From Camelus ferus (Eukaryota): a stretch of 64,000 nt of DNA. The translations under genes were made by a program, and so were the position numbers. Shown piece after piece: positions 61,936 to 64,000 of the stretch. Each line of letters starts with the position of its first letter. The first letter of the stretch is position 1. The notes below the pieces were generated by a model that saw only the letters and a program-made list of their open reading frames with translations, did no database searches and was not told where the DNA came from. The DNA lies in the NCBI RefSeq assembly GCF_009834535.1, contig NC_045696.1:12712001-12776000 (forward strand), read 5' to 3'.

Positions 61936-63689
61936 GACAGCTCTGTCTTGGAAGAAAACCTGTAAAGTTACATTATTGTAGCCTATGTTTTTATATTACA
62001 CTTACAATCTATATATTGGTACATAGCAATGTATTATTAAAATAACGTACAAAAACTAAAAAAAGTTTTAGTAGTTGAGACCTGCTAAAAGTAACATGTG
62101 CATCATCTGATCCCTCTGGTGGCCTCTAGGGATGTTAGTCTCATGTTCTGTGAGATATTTCATCCAAATCTGAAGTGGCAGGGGGAAATCAGAAACAAAA
62201 TGAACAGCTGACCCATCTGGCTGTGTGGTAGCAGTAGAGGAAAGACTGGCATTTCCAGGGCAACTGAAGGGCAGTGGGGAGGTGGGCAGCAGGAAGGAAC
62301 TCTCAGGAGGCACATAAGGTTTGCATTCAATATAGGCAATGTACTATGAGTACCATTTGGATTCTTATTTGTGTTTATGTTTAAGATCTATCCACATTGC
62401 CTTGTTAGTTTCTTTTGATTTCTACCTAGTATTGGATAATACGTAGCATAATGTACTTACTGATTCACTTAGTGATGGGCACATAGGTTGCCTCCAACAT
62501 TTTACTGAGATAAACAATGCATTGTGTCCCCTCCACCCCGTTCCTCTAACCAAGTCTGACTCCAAGGAATACTCAACACATGGTACCAACCTGAGTGCTG
62601 GCAATTAGTAAATATTTAATAAGCACTTTTGGGACTGATTTATGGAGGGCCTCAAAAACCAGATAGTGTGTTGATTTGATTATAGGTCAATTTGCTGAAA
62701 ATAGATTTACAAAAAGTCATTTCCACAATGAAAACCCTGTCCAAATCCAATTTGCCAAAAACGAATGCTCTTAATTACCAATTCGATGAATAGCTGGGCC
62801 TTGTTAAAAAGTTTGAGCTCTGCTTGTGCTTCAGAGCCTTCTGTGAGGCAAGCCAAGGGGCAGAGTGTAAGTATACAGAAATAGAGATAAACTGCAAACT
62901 CCAATTTAAGAAAAATTTCCCCTATCTTTCTATTAAATGGCTGGGGTAGATGCAAAACTAATGCTTTGAGAAAAAGCTCTTCATCAAGCTGGCTTTCCAC
63001 TGCTAGTAACAGGCAAAGAAATACAAATAAAACTGGTTTTATTTCATAATAAGCTGTCTAGAGATAGGCAGGGGCTGGTGTTGGGTCAGTAGCTCAACAA
63101 CATGAAGACTGGCATCTCTGTGGCTCTCTTGACCCTTCCTTCCCTCCTGGTTGAAAGGACTACTGCAGATTCAGCCATCACTTTGGTGTGTGTGACAGAG
63201 AGAGAAGAGGTGTCCTGACTGCATCAATCATTTTAATCAGGAAAACAAAAGTTTTCCCAGAAGTTCCTTGGCCAAAGCTGTGTCCCTAGGCCACCCTAGC
63301 TGCAAGAGAGGCTGAGAGAGTGAGCATTTATCCTTTCCAGCTTCTTTAGTGGCAGCAGATAGAGGAGAAGGGGGTTGAGAATAGGTGGCAATTTGGACCA
63401 CCAATATTATCTTCCTCAAATATAATTAACCTCTCTTTCAAAATAAGTAGTTTATATGTTGAGAAATTTCTATCAACAATTTTAAGATTATAATTTAAAA
63501 TTCACTTCTTCATTCAGTCATGACATATTTTTAACACATGTATTTCAGCTATACTACTTTTCCTCTTTTTTCCCCCATAACATTCTAGAATGGAACTGAA
63601 GTAAAATGACTTAATCTTTCAAGAAAGAGTGGGGAAAAAATCAAAAGACTAACAGTGACAAAACGCTTTTCAACTACTCCTCTGCTCAG

Positions 63690-63998
<309 letters not shown>

Positions 63999-64000
63999 AA

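Noticed and set aside
62707..63000. 97-aa minus-strand ORF downstream of RWDD2B
   Set aside because: It has a non-ATG start, no recognisable similarity, and sits beside probable LTR or old repeat sequence.

Overview
Mammalian genomic DNA, probably camelid: it carries nine copies of a young tRNA-Ala(AGC)-derived SINE resembling Vic-1. Most of the window is the complete LTN1 gene (listerin, the E3 ligase of ribosome-associated quality control) on the minus strand. Reconstructing it by hand gave 30 coding exons from ATG 56400 to TGA 7064, totalling 5298 nt (1765 aa). All phases are consistent, and two introns use non-canonical GC donors. A CpG-island promoter lies at about 56100-56700. The last coding exon of RWDD2B (minus strand, 63690-63924) is at the right end, matching the known mammalian LTN1-RWDD2B order. 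Introns and intergenic DNA hold L1, L2, hAT/Tigger fossils and microsatellites; family names are from memory, not RepeatMasker. I see no solid evidence for a wholly new biological system. The best leads are a TSD-flanked, poly(A)-tailed retro-insertion of an unknown transcript 3' end in intron 14, an orphan CpG-rich promoter-like island at about 60.2-61.0 kb, the two GC-AG introns, an inverted SINE pair around exons 7-8, and an upstream in-frame ATG inside a potential G-quadruplex.
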